56,944 nt of DNA from a virus. Lineage: Duplodnaviria > Caudoviricetes. The stretch's first letter is position 1; each line of letters starts with the position of its first letter. Position numbers and translations under genes: made by a program. The stretch spans positions 1 through 56,944 of the IMG/VR virus record IMGVR_UViG_3300030376_003596; one strand, written 5' to 3'. This document shows positions 18,249 to 28,566 of this stretch, in pieces. The notes under the pieces were generated by a model. It was not told the DNA's origin and made no database searches. It worked only from the letters and a program-made list of their open reading frames with translations.

Positions 18249-19172
18249 TTATTGTCCCATTACTTTATTTGTACGACTACCATCTACAACCCATTTTCTG
18301 TTTTCGTAATCGTATTTAGCAGGAGTTCCATCCTTAAAATATCTATCAGAGTGACTTCCTCCTCCTTCACCTATACCTTGCATATCCCATGCAATTTTTG
18401 CACTTTCACTCCAACTCAACCCTTCAATAGTATCAGGACTCCAAGTTTTCATTTCTTGTAAAGATAAGGATTTAGTTTGTGGTGGAGCTACTACCGATGA
18501 TTCATTTGATTTATCCTTTACAGGTTCTTCAATCACTACTTCTTTCCCAGGATTAGTTGCACTTCCTGTATTTTCTTGAGTAATTGTAGTCTTTTCTACC
18601 CCATCTCCTTCAGTAGTTGTTTTCTTTTCAGGGTATAACTTAGGAATACTTAAAGCAGTTGTCACTCCTTTTATTAAACCTTCTCCTGCAGACTTAAATG
18701 CTCCTTGAGCTAAATCTTCTCGGTTCGCTGCTGCCCTAGCTGCACCTTCAGCCTCGCCTTTTCTTAGTTCTGTTTTAGCAGCAATATTAGCTTGTTTTTG
18801 AGAAAGGATTTTATTTTTTCTATCTTGTTCTCTTCTACTTGCATCAGCTAAAAGAGATAACTCAGATGCGACTTGGTTTTGTCCCATAACACCTGCAACA
18901 CTTGCTATACCACGAACACCTTGTTCTGCTGCTTGTTGCAACATCGCTTGAGATCGAGTGTCAATTGCAGTTCGTGCCAACTCTATGTCCTGTTTATTAA
19001 CAGACATATTTTCAAATGCGTTAACATCTAATAAATTCATTGCTTTAGCAAAGGCAATACCTGCTTCACGCTCCGCTTCCTTGGCTAATTTTTGTTGTCT
19101 TAATCCTTGATAAAAAGATGCTCCTGCTGATATACCTGTAGTAGCAAGACTTGCTATTGCTCCAAACATCAT
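18249..19172 (-). CDS. Putative DNA ejection/pilot protein
   Basis: Gly/Ala-rich hydrophobic N-terminus followed by Ala/Gln-rich coiled coil; promoter box at 19196-19203. Confidence 0.55.
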   Translation of the reverse strand: MMFGAIASLATTGISAGASFYQGLRQQKLAKEAEREAGIAFAKAMNLLDVNAFENMSVNKQDIELARTAIDTRSQAMLQQAAEQGVRGIASVAGVMGQNQVASELSLLADASRREQDRKNKILSQKQANIAAKTELRKGEAEGAARAAANREDLAQGAFKSAGEGLIKGVTTALSIPKLYPEKKTTTEGDGVEKTTITQENTGSATNPGKEVVIEEPVKDKSNESSVVAPPQTKSLSLQEMKTWSPDTIEGLSWSESAKIAWDMQGIGEGGGSHSDRYFKDGTPAKYDYENRKWVVDGSRTNKVMGQ

Positions 19173-19195
19173 AGTAAAATATTTAGTTATATCTA

Positions 19196-19203
19196 CAAAG
19201 ATA
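19196..19203 (-). promoter_or_regulatory. Bacteroidetes-type -7 promoter box
   Basis: TATCTTTG on - strand upstream of 19172; similar - strand boxes at 28166, 28548, 31957, 40274, 41204, 43735, 43993, 46302 and 46795. Confidence 0.7.
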
Positions 19204-19210
19204 AGAAATT

Positions 19211-20086
19211 TTAAGGATAACTTTTCATTACCTCTGATTCTACTGCATACATTTCACTTGCAGCAGTAAATGTGCTAGGCAATGTAAGTGTAAATTCACA
19301 GTAATGACCAAGCATTCCATGGGACTCAGCCGTAGCATTTTTAATTGCTAAGAAGAAAGTTGCTACTCCAGGAATAGCACCACCACCTGTATTATCAATC
19401 ACAATAGTATTGATACCACCTGAAATGTTTACATTGATTTGTTCAATGATTCCTGCAAAAGATGGAACACCACCAACCATAAAATATAGATAGTCCCCAA
19501 TACTTATGATGCTACCTATGCTTGTGGTAAGTGGGAATGTTATAGTGGTTTTCCCTACACCTGGCACACCAACTTGAACATTGGTACTTGTACCTATACC
19601 ATTTAAATTACGCAATGCGTATTGATCTGTAGGCACAGGATTAGTAGGATCATTCTCTGCTCTAACAAAACCAAACCAATCACTCTCTTTCTTTTCAAAC
19701 CAATTGTATTCTATCAAACCATTTGTTTGTAAGTCCGTACTTAGCTCTGCTTTCCATGGGTCAGTAGACTCAAGGTTAATCGTTTTAAATATTTTATTTT
19801 CTAATGGTGCATCATTAAACACACTCTTAATCATAGAGGATATAGTTGAAGCAGCAACTGCGGCAGCAGGATCTGCAGGCGTAGTATAAGGAGGGGAATA
19901 AAACTTATCCCAATACTGTCTGTAGTATTCATTACGGGTATTGTTGGTATTGTGTCTATACAACTCTCCGCCTTTAAAAGAATAGAAATAATTATTCATT
20001 CCTATCATCATGTCAGGAATGTATCCATAAAAAGATGGAAATCCTTGAACACTCTCGCTATATGTTAATGTATATTCTTGTGACAT
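19211..20086 (-). CDS. Tail protein resembling the C-terminal part of a stabilisation/muzzle protein
   Basis: TLTYSESVQGFPSFYGYIP..NNYFYSFKGG.LYRHN..FKTINLES, as recalled from muzzle C-termini of Bacteroidetes podoviruses. Confidence 0.6.
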   Translation of the reverse strand: MSQEYTLTYSESVQGFPSFYGYIPDMMIGMNNYFYSFKGGELYRHNTNNTRNEYYRQYWDKFYSPPYTTPADPAAAVAASTISSMIKSVFNDAPLENKIFKTINLESTDPWKAELSTDLQTNGLIEYNWFEKKESDWFGFVRAENDPTNPVPTDQYALRNLNGIGTSTNVQVGVPGVGKTTITFPLTTSIGSIISIGDYLYFMVGGVPSFAGIIEQINVNISGGINTIVIDNTGGGAIPGVATFFLAIKNATAESHGMLGHYCEFTLTLPSTFTAASEMYAVESEVMKSYP

Positions 20087-20089
20087 ATT

Positions 20090-20380
20090 TTAATATTTAC
20101 CTCGTCTTGTTGAAGGAGAACTCTTTGTTGAGCCACCCTTACCTGCCCATAACTTCTTACACGACCAATACCTTGCAGTTAGCTTTGACTTAGCTGTACT
20201 ACATTTGTGTCGTGCCTTAAAACTTTTTCGTGCAGCCGCAGAATAGTTGTGTCCATAACCTTTAGCACCAAAGTGAATAAGTTTCTCCTTGCCACCTTCA
20301 CAGGCTTTAACCATCTTCTTCTTTCCTGCTCTATCGGATGCAACTACTTTGTTGCATTTCATTTTGCTTTTAGTTGCCAT
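20090..20380 (-). CDS. Small basic protein
   Basis: IHFGAKGY..ARKSFKARHKC..ARYWSCK; very Lys-rich. Confidence 0.75.
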   Translation of the reverse strand: MATKSKMKCNKVVASDRAGKKKMVKACEGGKEKLIHFGAKGYGHNYSAAARKSFKARHKCSTAKSKLTARYWSCKKLWAGKGGSTKSSPSTRRGKY

Positions 20381-20381
20381 A

Positions 20382-20615
20382 TTATGTTACTTTTCCTGCT
20401 TTGGTATTCGATACAAACTGTTTCGTTCTACCATACTTCTTTTTCTTTTTAGCTGTGGCTGCCCTTTCAGCTTTAGTCATCTTATTTGCTTTCGTCAAAG
20501 GTAAGCATCTGTCAGGATTTTTTTTATTCTTACTCGTGCCACACGCTCCAAGTATTGAACCATCAGTTCCTATACGAACCCACTTCTCGTCTCTCCATTC
20601 CTTTAGCTCACCCAC
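20382..20615 (-). CDS. Small basic protein
   Basis: LKEWRDEKWV..CG..RCLP; packed with neighbours. Confidence 0.75.
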   Translation of the reverse strand: MGELKEWRDEKWVRIGTDGSILGACGTSKNKKNPDRCLPLTKANKMTKAERAATAKKKKKYGRTKQFVSNTKAGKVT

Positions 20616-20739
20616 GTTTAGTTTTTTTAGTTGGCTTCATGCTCTTTAGCATCTTATCAATCTTTGCTGCTTGACCTTTATGCATAGCAGACGCTTTTTT
20701 CAATTCACTTGAAATTTTTTGTAGTTTTTTCTTATCCAT
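20608..20739 (-). CDS. Small basic protein (MDKKKLQKISSELKKASAMH...)
   Basis: ATG 20739 two nt after upstream stop; Lys-rich. Confidence 0.65.
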   Translation of the reverse strand: MDKKKLQKISSELKKASAMHKGQAAKIDKMLKSMKPTKKTKRG

Positions 20740-20740
20740 T

Positions 20741-20896
20741 TTATTTATCTTTTTTTGCGTAATTAGGGTCTTTACAATATTTACTCGCAGCCATATTCGC
20801 ATATGCTGATGGGTATCTATCAAAAGTTCTTTTTGCCCATGCTATTCCTGCAGGACATATCTTATTATTTTTTTTTGTTCTTCCTTTCTTTGCCAT
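20741..20896 (-). CDS. Small basic protein, 51 aa (not in ORF track)
   Basis: Manual translation MAKKGRTKKNNKICPAGIAWAKRTFDRYPSAYANMAASKYCKDPNYAKKDK. Confidence 0.7.
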   Translation of the reverse strand: MAKKGRTKKNNKICPAGIAWAKRTFDRYPSAYANMAASKYCKDPNYAKKDK

Positions 20897-20906
20897 TTTT
20901 TATATT

Positions 20907-21857
20907 TTAAGGACAATTACCCTCCCCAATTACCACACTATTTGAATCTAATAAAAACCAAGAAAAACCACTTGGACTCAGAGGATTAACCCACTTATAA
21001 TATCCTGCACCATATGAAGTGGCTACAGGAAACTGTCCGTTCACATCCGCAAACACCCAATCATACATACCCGGACTTCCTGCCGTTCCTGTTACAGGAG
21101 CGTTGTAATAAGTTATGTTAGGAGTAAGTAAACAAACGGCACCTGAGTTTAGTGCAGGAGTTAGTGTGCTTTGAAATCCTGTTAAGTTTGCAGGACAGGC
21201 TGCAGCTAAAGTGAATGTACTATTTTTACAAGGAGCGATTACTTCTAGCTGTAGGCTAATAGGTCCTGTTAATGGCTTAGGTACAACAAGCACCGAAGCA
21301 CCGGGTGTTCCTACTGTAGTTTGCATCTGACCTGCCACTACCCCTCGTGTTACATACAATCCACTTGCTGAAAAAGCTCCACCTGAATAAGGATAAGTTT
21401 CTAAATTATATGGACTACCTGCAACGATGCCACAATCAGCAGCCGTATCTCCTAAAAATGTAGGAACACTTGTTGCTGTACTTCCCTTATAACCAAAGTT
21501 AGTCGTACTAAATTTATTGTAAACTATCGAATCAAAAGTAGCCTTTACACCTACAGGAATAAAAGTTCCACCAGGAGTTAAAGTTATTAGTATTGCACCT
21601 GTTCCCGTACCCACCGTAAAGGAAACTGTATAGACTCCTGCATCCGTAGCTGATCCTGATATTGGAGTACCACACACTGTAGTACACGCAGGACAAGTTA
21701 CCACCGGACCAAGCAGACAACCTGTCTGTTGGCGATAATGAACACCATCTGAATACAATCCATCAGCCGCACATATAGTTAGTGCCGCATCAGTAAACAC
21801 TCTTGTTGCAGTAGTGAATGTTGGTGAATCTATATAGTATGTTCCGAATGCTGCCAT
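20907..21857 (-). CDS. Cys/Thr/Gly-rich virion surface (tail-associated) protein
   Basis: Beta-rich composition with many Cys; follows tail stabilisation gene. Confidence 0.55.
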   Translation of the reverse strand: MAAFGTYYIDSPTFTTATRVFTDAALTICAADGLYSDGVHYRQQTGCLLGPVVTCPACTTVCGTPISGSATDAGVYTVSFTVGTGTGAILITLTPGGTFIPVGVKATFDSIVYNKFSTTNFGYKGSTATSVPTFLGDTAADCGIVAGSPYNLETYPYSGGAFSASGLYVTRGVVAGQMQTTVGTPGASVLVVPKPLTGPISLQLEVIAPCKNSTFTLAAACPANLTGFQSTLTPALNSGAVCLLTPNITYYNAPVTGTAGSPGMYDWVFADVNGQFPVATSYGAGYYKWVNPLSPSGFSWFLLDSNSVVIGEGNCP

Positions 21858-21866
21858 TTTATTTAA

Positions 21867-24800
21867 TTAAGGTGTACAGGTTGTGTTTATAGTTTCAGTA
21901 GGCACAGTGGTTGAAGTGCTTATTACTTCAAAGCATTTTGAGCCATGGTTAATTAAAGTATAGTACGCTCCTATCACTACGGTTGTAGGAGATATTGCTA
22001 CATACTCTTCAGTAGCATCTGCACTGTTTCTCATTAGATACCAATTGAAAGTACATACACAACACACATCCGTTATTGAAGCGGCATCATAACATAAACC
22101 ATGTTCAACACTGTTACGGTAGTCGTATATAACATACAATCTTTCATCAGTACCCGCAGGCATTGTAAACTCTGCATAATAACTATTAGGTGCTCCTGTA
22201 GTTACAAGAGGTAATGCTTGAGTAGACGCAGCAATTAATGCAGCAACATCTACAGGGTTGTTACTGTATACTGTATTGGTTCGTAAGTATCTAAACTTAT
22301 CGTTAGCTGTGTCAAAAGTAAAGTTATCAAACCCTAATCGCTGAGAAGTTAACCTAACCGTACTTCCGTTAGTAGGGCATACACTATCTCCTTGCACCCC
22401 ACTAAATGTATCGTACTGCGATATAAGTGGATTAGTTGTACCTGCCACAAATGTTACAGCACTAGAGTTGGTAGGAGAAATATATGTTCCATCCACATAT
22501 CCAAACTCATTGTGAATCATTTGTGCATTATCTATATCCGATGTAACACAAACTTGGATAACTGTTAGTATAGTTGTTTGAGGACACTCTACAGTAAACC
22601 TTAACGTAGCCCCTGAAAGTGTAGGTGTAATAACAAATGAAGCAGTAGTAACTGATGGTAGGTTCTTGCTAAAGGAAAGTGTTCCACTTCCACTAACAAT
22701 ACCTGTTGATGTAGTTACTCCATTATAAGTAACTGCAATAGTACCGCTATCCCCTACAGCAAAAGCGTATGGTATATCTACTGTACCTGTTACTGTTCCA
22801 AACTCTGCACAGAAAGAATACTCTCCCGTTGCAGGAACTGTTATGTTTTGTGTTATACCACACTCAATACACTCCTCAATAACAGGTAGCTTTATGGTAT
22901 TAGATGACAACACATACTCATTCATGTATGGATCAAACCCTCCTAGTTTTTGTGTATCCCCATAGTTTATAAATAAATCTCTAAACCAACCACGCATACC
23001 TACTTCAGATAGAACGGTAAGCTGTTCATTTTGTCCTGCACTTCCACTTAGCCTTAATACTGCTCCACGCTTTGAGTCAGTAAAGAACTTGTCGTATCCA
23101 AAGACTACAAAACTTTCAGCATTATTACTAATACCATATTGGTCTTGTCGTGCTACTTGTTGTCCTAATACCTGGGGGACGGAAGTTACTGTTCCACCAC
23201 CTACAGCATCAGTTAAAATATTTTTACCTACGGTTACATAAGATATTCTATCTTCTTGTAATACAAGTAGGTCTGTTGCTCTTGCGTGTAATATTTCTAT
23301 AGAACCAAACGAATCTTCTAATGGTAAGAAGTTTGCTAGTCCTAAATTAAATTCATTTAGTTTATTAACATTTGATTCGTCATTGTATACACCACTATAT
23401 GTAATATCCGCAAACCTATCTGCCTCTTTATAATCTTGAGCAGCTACTGATGTTACTCTATTCCCTAAACCAAAAGGTTGTCCTGATATAGAGTCTTCAA
23501 TCTGATAGCTCTCTACACCATTACCAAAAGATATGCAATTAGAAAAGTTTAAGTTTACAATTGCAGGGTCTACTGCTGTTTGATTTTGGTCTCCCGGTGC
23601 ATTACCTGACATATGTTTACCACTCTTTATGTCAAATGTTTGGCTGCCTTCATAAAACAAATCAAGTTCTGATTCGGTAGGCATTGTCTCAAACACTGTA
23701 AGTTGGTCTGCTCTTTGTACGGTAATATTAGTAGTAATACACGACTTTCTTTTTGAATTGGGAGCAAGGGAACAGGCTTCTGTTCCGCTTGAAACTTGTA
23801 AAAACAATTGATTACTACCTGCACTTGTGTTTCTCCAAAATCTATAAGTGTTTACATTAGGTATAAAAGTTGGTTGAGTAGGATTAATTGGAAGAAGTAC
23901 ATCAGCTAAGTAGGTTTGAGTAATAGTTGCTCCACTACTTAGTTGGTTTCCTGTATTAATAACAGGAGCAACTTGAGCTTCCCAAAACAATTGAAAGTTA
24001 GCATAGTCCACCGTAGCTGTGAAATTTTTAATAAACTCATACTCATAGTGGTCACAAAGTGGAAGTCCAAAATAATCGTACCCCTTTTTTAAAAATTTTA
24101 TATCAATGCTTACTGTACTTCCTTGAGGAATAGTATAGTCTACATATACAGTTGAACCTGCAGGAGTATCATTGCAAGTTCCATTTGCTGTAGGAAAATC
24201 TCCTGCTGTTAACTCACAGGTTTTACCACCATCAAAAATAATTTTTGTTGAATCATCATTGTAATTAGCAGCAAACCCTTTAGGTAATAACTTTATATAT
24301 ACTCCTGCTTGAGGAGGCACGAAAGGACCTGTACCTGCTCCGCCTCCATCATCAATAAACCCCTTTGGCTGTGCTTCTTTTTCTAATACCATAGTATAAG
24401 TACAAGATGAAACAGCTCCCTCAGTGTCTCTTTTAACTTTTAACTTATCTCCCTTCTCCACCTTAGCTGCATTGTCACCCTCTAATAAATACCAATAATA
24501 ACCACCTACATTGTCAGGATAAAAGAAATTACTAAATACATTAAAGTATGTTTCTCTATCTGCCTTGCAAACAAACCGATAGTGTTCTGCCCATGAAGGA
24601 GGTAGTTGGGTTGTAGGTATAGTTACTTGTATTTCGTTTTTTGTGACTGAATTAGCACATGGAACAAAAACTGTATTGTTTATACTTGTTAATGCTGTAG
24701 TAGCTCTACAATATTTGTCAAGGTATACTATACCAATATCATAATCTCTATCGCTATGTAAACTTTCTGCATTAGAAAGAGAAGAGTAAGTTAAACTTGC

Positions 24801-26492
24801 TTGGGTTATTTTATAATATTCATAAGCAAATACAGCCGTCCCTACATATGCAACAGCAACAAGTTGCAATCCAACTACATTACTTGCAGCCGATGTATCT
24901 ATTGCTATAGGTTGACCTGCCGTAGTTATACCACTTGCTGTTTTAGTATAAGATCCAAGAGTTGTAGGGACGCTACAGTTTTGAAAGTCTGTTAATGTTG
25001 CTCCTGTACATGAGTTAGGAACAGTTTGTATATTGGTAATAGTTCCTATAGCATTTTCAAACGAAGTGCTTTGTGCCATATCGAAGACGGAGTTAAAGTC
25101 TTGAGGTAAAGTATAGGTAAGAGTAATAGTAGTTAAAGGAGTAGTAGGAGTAGGAGGCGTTGAAGTAAACTGACTATGAATAAAAGTTAGAGTAAGATTA
25201 AAAGTAGTTCCTGCCGTAAGAGGCATTCCTGTAAAGTCTATACGTGCCTCACAATTAGTAATTGTTTGCGGTGCAACCGAACCATCAATTTGATAATTAA
25301 CTCCATCTGCTAAAGTAATTTGACCTGCAGGTAAAATATTAAAATCAATTTCATTAGATATTAAAGATGTAGAATAATCAAATCTAACTGAATTGTTATT
25401 TGAGTCAAGTAAATCATATCCATCAATATAGTTTCCATACATCAATCGATTACCCATTATGCTTTGTGCTTTAGCAAAACGAGGAACATTGTCATACAGT
25501 CTAAGTATCTCTGAACTTGGTAAAACCGTATATACTTTACTATTATCAAAACCTAAACTCCAAAATGATTGGTCAGGAACTCCTTGCTTTACTTTGTCTA
25601 TTCTTTCAATAACCCTTATAATAGTAGAGTTCGCTTCTTTAAATAACAAATCAAAACCTTTTACCAAAGAATCTCCTGTATAAACCTGCACTTGTGCCAG
25701 GTTGTATTCATTTGTCATCCCTGTGTTCAAATAGCTTGAAGCATCTATCCCAAACGGTTGGGATGTAAATGCAATAGGACTAAAAGGAGATGTAGCACTG
25801 TACTCCCCATTCTCATACTTGTATCTATAAGCAAAACAAATAAATTTATCTTTCAAATAATTATTAGTGCTACCGTTGTTACTTAATGTAATGATAGGAG
25901 CATCCGTTGGAGGTCCTTTGATAACTAATATATCATCAGCTATAAATCCATCTATCCCTGTAGGACCTGCAGGACTTGGCACAGGGTAACTTTGTTTTAT
26001 GTTTATTCTTCGTGGTGGATTATAATCATCCGTAAAGAACAATAAATCATCAACCATGTCTACGCCTGTAATTAAATACTTTGGGTTAAAGTTTAATCTT
26101 GTATCAGTAAAACTTGCATCATTATTAATACTAATAATATGATATGTAATTAAAGATAAAGTAGTGTTGTATGAAAGTATTAAATCACACTTACCGGATG
26201 AAGACCCTGCAAGAGGAAACTGAGGATCAGTAACAAACCAATAAATAGTTTCTCTTGCTCCATCTTCAAATGCTCCAATACATTTTGCTGAGGTACTTAA
26301 CTTTTGTCCATTAACCTCAATGTCTGTTAATGCTGTATTTCCTTTGGTATTTTCTACAGAACCTATCTCGCTATTCTCTGTTGAACCAAGACGCACATTC
26401 ATTGCGTCCACATATTCACCTTGAGGCACAAGTCTCTCATCAAGAGACTTATTCATTCTACCTCTAATAAAATTTCTTTTTAAGTTAGGCAT
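21867..26492 (-). CDS. Tail stabilisation/muzzle protein (P22 gp10-like) with inserted domains
   Basis: F..GRMNKSLDERLVP.GEY.DA.N N-terminus; FAYRYKYENGEYS; GNRLMYGNY; YGISNNAESF..FFTD.KRGAVLRLS. Confidence 0.75.
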   Translation of the reverse strand: MPNLKRNFIRGRMNKSLDERLVPQGEYVDAMNVRLGSTENSEIGSVENTKGNTALTDIEVNGQKLSTSAKCIGAFEDGARETIYWFVTDPQFPLAGSSSGKCDLILSYNTTLSLITYHIISINNDASFTDTRLNFNPKYLITGVDMVDDLLFFTDDYNPPRRINIKQSYPVPSPAGPTGIDGFIADDILVIKGPPTDAPIITLSNNGSTNNYLKDKFICFAYRYKYENGEYSATSPFSPIAFTSQPFGIDASSYLNTGMTNEYNLAQVQVYTGDSLVKGFDLLFKEANSTIIRVIERIDKVKQGVPDQSFWSLGFDNSKVYTVLPSSEILRLYDNVPRFAKAQSIMGNRLMYGNYIDGYDLLDSNNNSVRFDYSTSLISNEIDFNILPAGQITLADGVNYQIDGSVAPQTITNCEARIDFTGMPLTAGTTFNLTLTFIHSQFTSTPPTPTTPLTTITLTYTLPQDFNSVFDMAQSTSFENAIGTITNIQTVPNSCTGATLTDFQNCSVPTTLGSYTKTASGITTAGQPIAIDTSAASNVVGLQLVAVAYVGTAVFAYEYYKITQASLTYSSLSNAESLHSDRDYDIGIVYLDKYCRATTALTSINNTVFVPCANSVTKNEIQVTIPTTQLPPSWAEHYRFVCKADRETYFNVFSNFFYPDNVGGYYWYLLEGDNAAKVEKGDKLKVKRDTEGAVSSCTYTMVLEKEAQPKGFIDDGGGAGTGPFVPPQAGVYIKLLPKGFAANYNDDSTKIIFDGGKTCELTAGDFPTANGTCNDTPAGSTVYVDYTIPQGSTVSIDIKFLKKGYDYFGLPLCDHYEYEFIKNFTATVDYANFQLFWEAQVAPVINTGNQLSSGATITQTYLADVLLPINPTQPTFIPNVNTYRFWRNTSAGSNQLFLQVSSGTEACSLAPNSKRKSCITTNITVQRADQLTVFETMPTESELDLFYEGSQTFDIKSGKHMSGNAPGDQNQTAVDPAIVNLNFSNCISFGNGVESYQIEDSISGQPFGLGNRVTSVAAQDYKEADRFADITYSGVYNDESNVNKLNEFNLGLANFLPLEDSFGSIEILHARATDLLVLQEDRISYVTVGKNILTDAVGGGTVTSVPQVLGQQVARQDQYGISNNAESFVVFGYDKFFTDSKRGAVLRLSGSAGQNEQLTVLSEVGMRGWFRDLFINYGDTQKLGGFDPYMNEYVLSSNTIKLPVIEECIECGITQNITVPATGEYSFCAEFGTVTGTVDIPYAFAVGDSGTIAVTYNGVTTSTGIVSGSGTLSFSKNLPSVTTASFVITPTLSGATLRFTVECPQTTILTVIQVCVTSDIDNAQMIHNEFGYVDGTYISPTNSSAVTFVAGTTNPLISQYDTFSGVQGDSVCPTNGSTVRLTSQRLGFDNFTFDTANDKFRYLRTNTVYSNNPVDVAALIAASTQALPLVTTGAPNSYYAEFTMPAGTDERLYVIYDYRNSVEHGLCYDAASITDVCCVCTFNWYLMRNSADATEEYVAISPTTVVIGAYYTLINHGSKCFEVISTSTTVPTETINTTCTP

Positions 26493-26493
26493 C

Positions 26494-27417
26494 CTACTTT
26501 ATCCATTTATCTCTTCCTCGTAGATTCATTAAGAGTCTACCAGGATGAATATTACTTATTCTAATCTTTGCATTACGCAGTAAAGCTGATTTATTTTTCT
26601 GTGCTCTTCTTACAATATATTCTTGTGTGCCAAGTTTACTATTTAATATTGCGTATTGAATATAAGCATAAATAAAATCTTCAAACAATTTATTTACAGT
26701 AACCTTTGAATCAGAACCATTCTCCATTCCATCAGAAACATACTCTAATATAAAGGTTTCTCCTGAAACTCCTGAACTAAAATTAATAACACCACCTTTA
26801 CTATCTATTCTAAATGTAGGATTTTGATTAGCCGTTTCAGTATTTAAACCATATCTTGCTCCTATGTTATATTCAAAATACCAATCCCCATCACAACAAA
26901 AACCTTCTCTTCCATTGAATGGACTATTATCATTAAGATAAATACTTTTTTGTGATCCTGTTATTCTATCATAGTCTAGTTGTGAATACTGTGGTGACAA
27001 TGCATTCCCATTTATATCAAATAATATTCTACAATTTTGGTCTTGAAGGTATGCACTTGCTCCATTAATCTGAATGTTCTCTGTAAGAGGTCTTAATACT
27101 CCGTCCTTATACAAGGATACCCTAACCCAATTAACGTAGTCTGAGGGTAAGACAAAGCGTAATGTGTCGCATACTTGAAGCTCTAGTGCTTTAATTTCTT
27201 TGAACGCATCATAGTTTAATTCCTGGATTGCTCTCTTGGCATGGAATAAAATTTTATATCGCTCTTCATTATTAACCAACTCATGGTTACCATTGTACAT
27301 TAACATGAAGTTGTTTACCACATCTTCTAAACTAACGTATTGGTATGAACCCCAATTAGCATTTTCAGGTAAATTACCTGAGTTCTCATAATATGCGTAC
27401 TGTGATATATATGCCAT
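26494..27417 (-). CDS. Structural protein (head-tail ring/adaptor)
   Basis: HAKRAIQELNYD..LPSDYVNWVR..LEYVSDG; synteny after capsid genes. Confidence 0.6.
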   Translation of the reverse strand: MAYISQYAYYENSGNLPENANWGSYQYVSLEDVVNNFMLMYNGNHELVNNEERYKILFHAKRAIQELNYDAFKEIKALELQVCDTLRFVLPSDYVNWVRVSLYKDGVLRPLTENIQINGASAYLQDQNCRILFDINGNALSPQYSQLDYDRITGSQKSIYLNDNSPFNGREGFCCDGDWYFEYNIGARYGLNTETANQNPTFRIDSKGGVINFSSGVSGETFILEYVSDGMENGSDSKVTVNKLFEDFIYAYIQYAILNSKLGTQEYIVRRAQKNKSALLRNAKIRISNIHPGRLLMNLRGRDKWIK

Positions 27418-27419
27418 GC

Positions 27420-28151
27420 TTATCTACTTTCTTCATTAATGTTTTGTGTCTCTTCTGCTTTAGCAAATTCATATGCCATTTGTTCCCTAATAGATATACC
27501 TGCATACTCAAGTATCTTTGCTACTAAGTTTGGCTCATCTGATAAAGGTAATTCAAAATCTTGATAATCTACTGCTCCTCCATCAAATACAGGCTCTCCT
27601 CCTGTTACATTTAAATAAGTCCACTTAGGATCTTTAGGGTATCTAAAGTATTGACACTTCACCTCGCCATTCGCATCAATAGTAGTTGGATACGCAGTGA
27701 TAACATCTCCCTCCAATGTATAAGCAGGAAATGTTTCATTAGGTGCAGTAAGTAAAGAATTGAGTAGCATAGTTATTTTACTATGCGTAACCTTATCCAT
27801 CTCTTTTAACTTTGTTCCGTTGTTAAATAAAACTTTATTAATAAGATAGTAGTCACTACCTGTTGTTGCCGTAGTAGGAACGGTGAATGTATTTGTAGCA
27901 ATGTGAGTTAAGTCTGCGGTAACAGAAAAGAACTCGATTACTTCTGCCAAACTTTTCTTTAAGTCAGCTATACCTGTACCTGATCTTCTTGCATTCTCTT
28001 TGTTAACTTGAAAGTTATAAGTGTAAAAATAATCTTCATACAAATCAAGCTGTGCTTGTTTAGCATATAGATTAAAATCAGATGGGGATATGTATCCGTA
28101 GTTGTTCTTGTTTAATACAGCCAATACAGTTGCTCGAACAGAATTTATCAT
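27420..28151 (-). CDS. Structural protein (tail tubular/ring protein)
   Basis: NKNNYGYISPSDFNLYA.QAQ..YFRYPKDPKW..DFELP; synteny. Confidence 0.6.
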   Translation of the reverse strand: MINSVRATVLAVLNKNNYGYISPSDFNLYAKQAQLDLYEDYFYTYNFQVNKENARRSGTGIADLKKSLAEVIEFFSVTADLTHIATNTFTVPTTATTGSDYYLINKVLFNNGTKLKEMDKVTHSKITMLLNSLLTAPNETFPAYTLEGDVITAYPTTIDANGEVKCQYFRYPKDPKWTYLNVTGGEPVFDGGAVDYQDFELPLSDEPNLVAKILEYAGISIREQMAYEFAKAEETQNINEESR

Positions 28152-28176
28152 TGGTAATCTTTTTACAAAGATAAAG

Positions 28177-28209
28177 AAAAAAAAAGAGGATGCATTTTTT
28201 ACATCCTCT
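28177..28209 (-). terminator. Rho-independent terminator
   Basis: AGAGGATG/CATCCTCT stem with T-run on - strand. Confidence 0.75.
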
Positions 28210-28231
28210 AATAATAAAGCTATGGTTTTAG

Positions 28232-28516
28232 TTATGCTATAGCAATACCACTTACTGCTTTAGTAGGTGCTACTGTAGTCACAACATTTTGCCACATAGT
28301 TTGATGTGCTGAAACAACTGCATCTTGAATAACATCTCTCATCTCTTGACCACTTGATTGAGTAGCGTGAGTAATTGTTATAACATCTTGTGATGCTGCT
28401 CCTCCGTATACAATTGTTACGGTAGTAGTTGAAGCCTGCTCAATAAGTTTAATGTTATCAGCAGATACTAATTGATTCCCTTCACTTGTTACAGGGATTG
28501 ATAAAAACTTTGCCAT
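28232..28516 (-). CDS. Small putative virion (decoration-like) protein, monocistronic
   Basis: Own promoter box (28548-28555) and terminator; Thr/Ala/Val-rich. Confidence 0.55.
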   Translation of the reverse strand: MAKFLSIPVTSEGNQLVSADNIKLIEQASTTTVTIVYGGAASQDVITITHATQSSGQEMRDVIQDAVVSAHQTMWQNVVTTVAPTKAVSGIAIA

Positions 28517-28566
28517 TGTTAAAAAATTTAATGGGTTAATAATAATACAAAGATACTTAAAATAAA

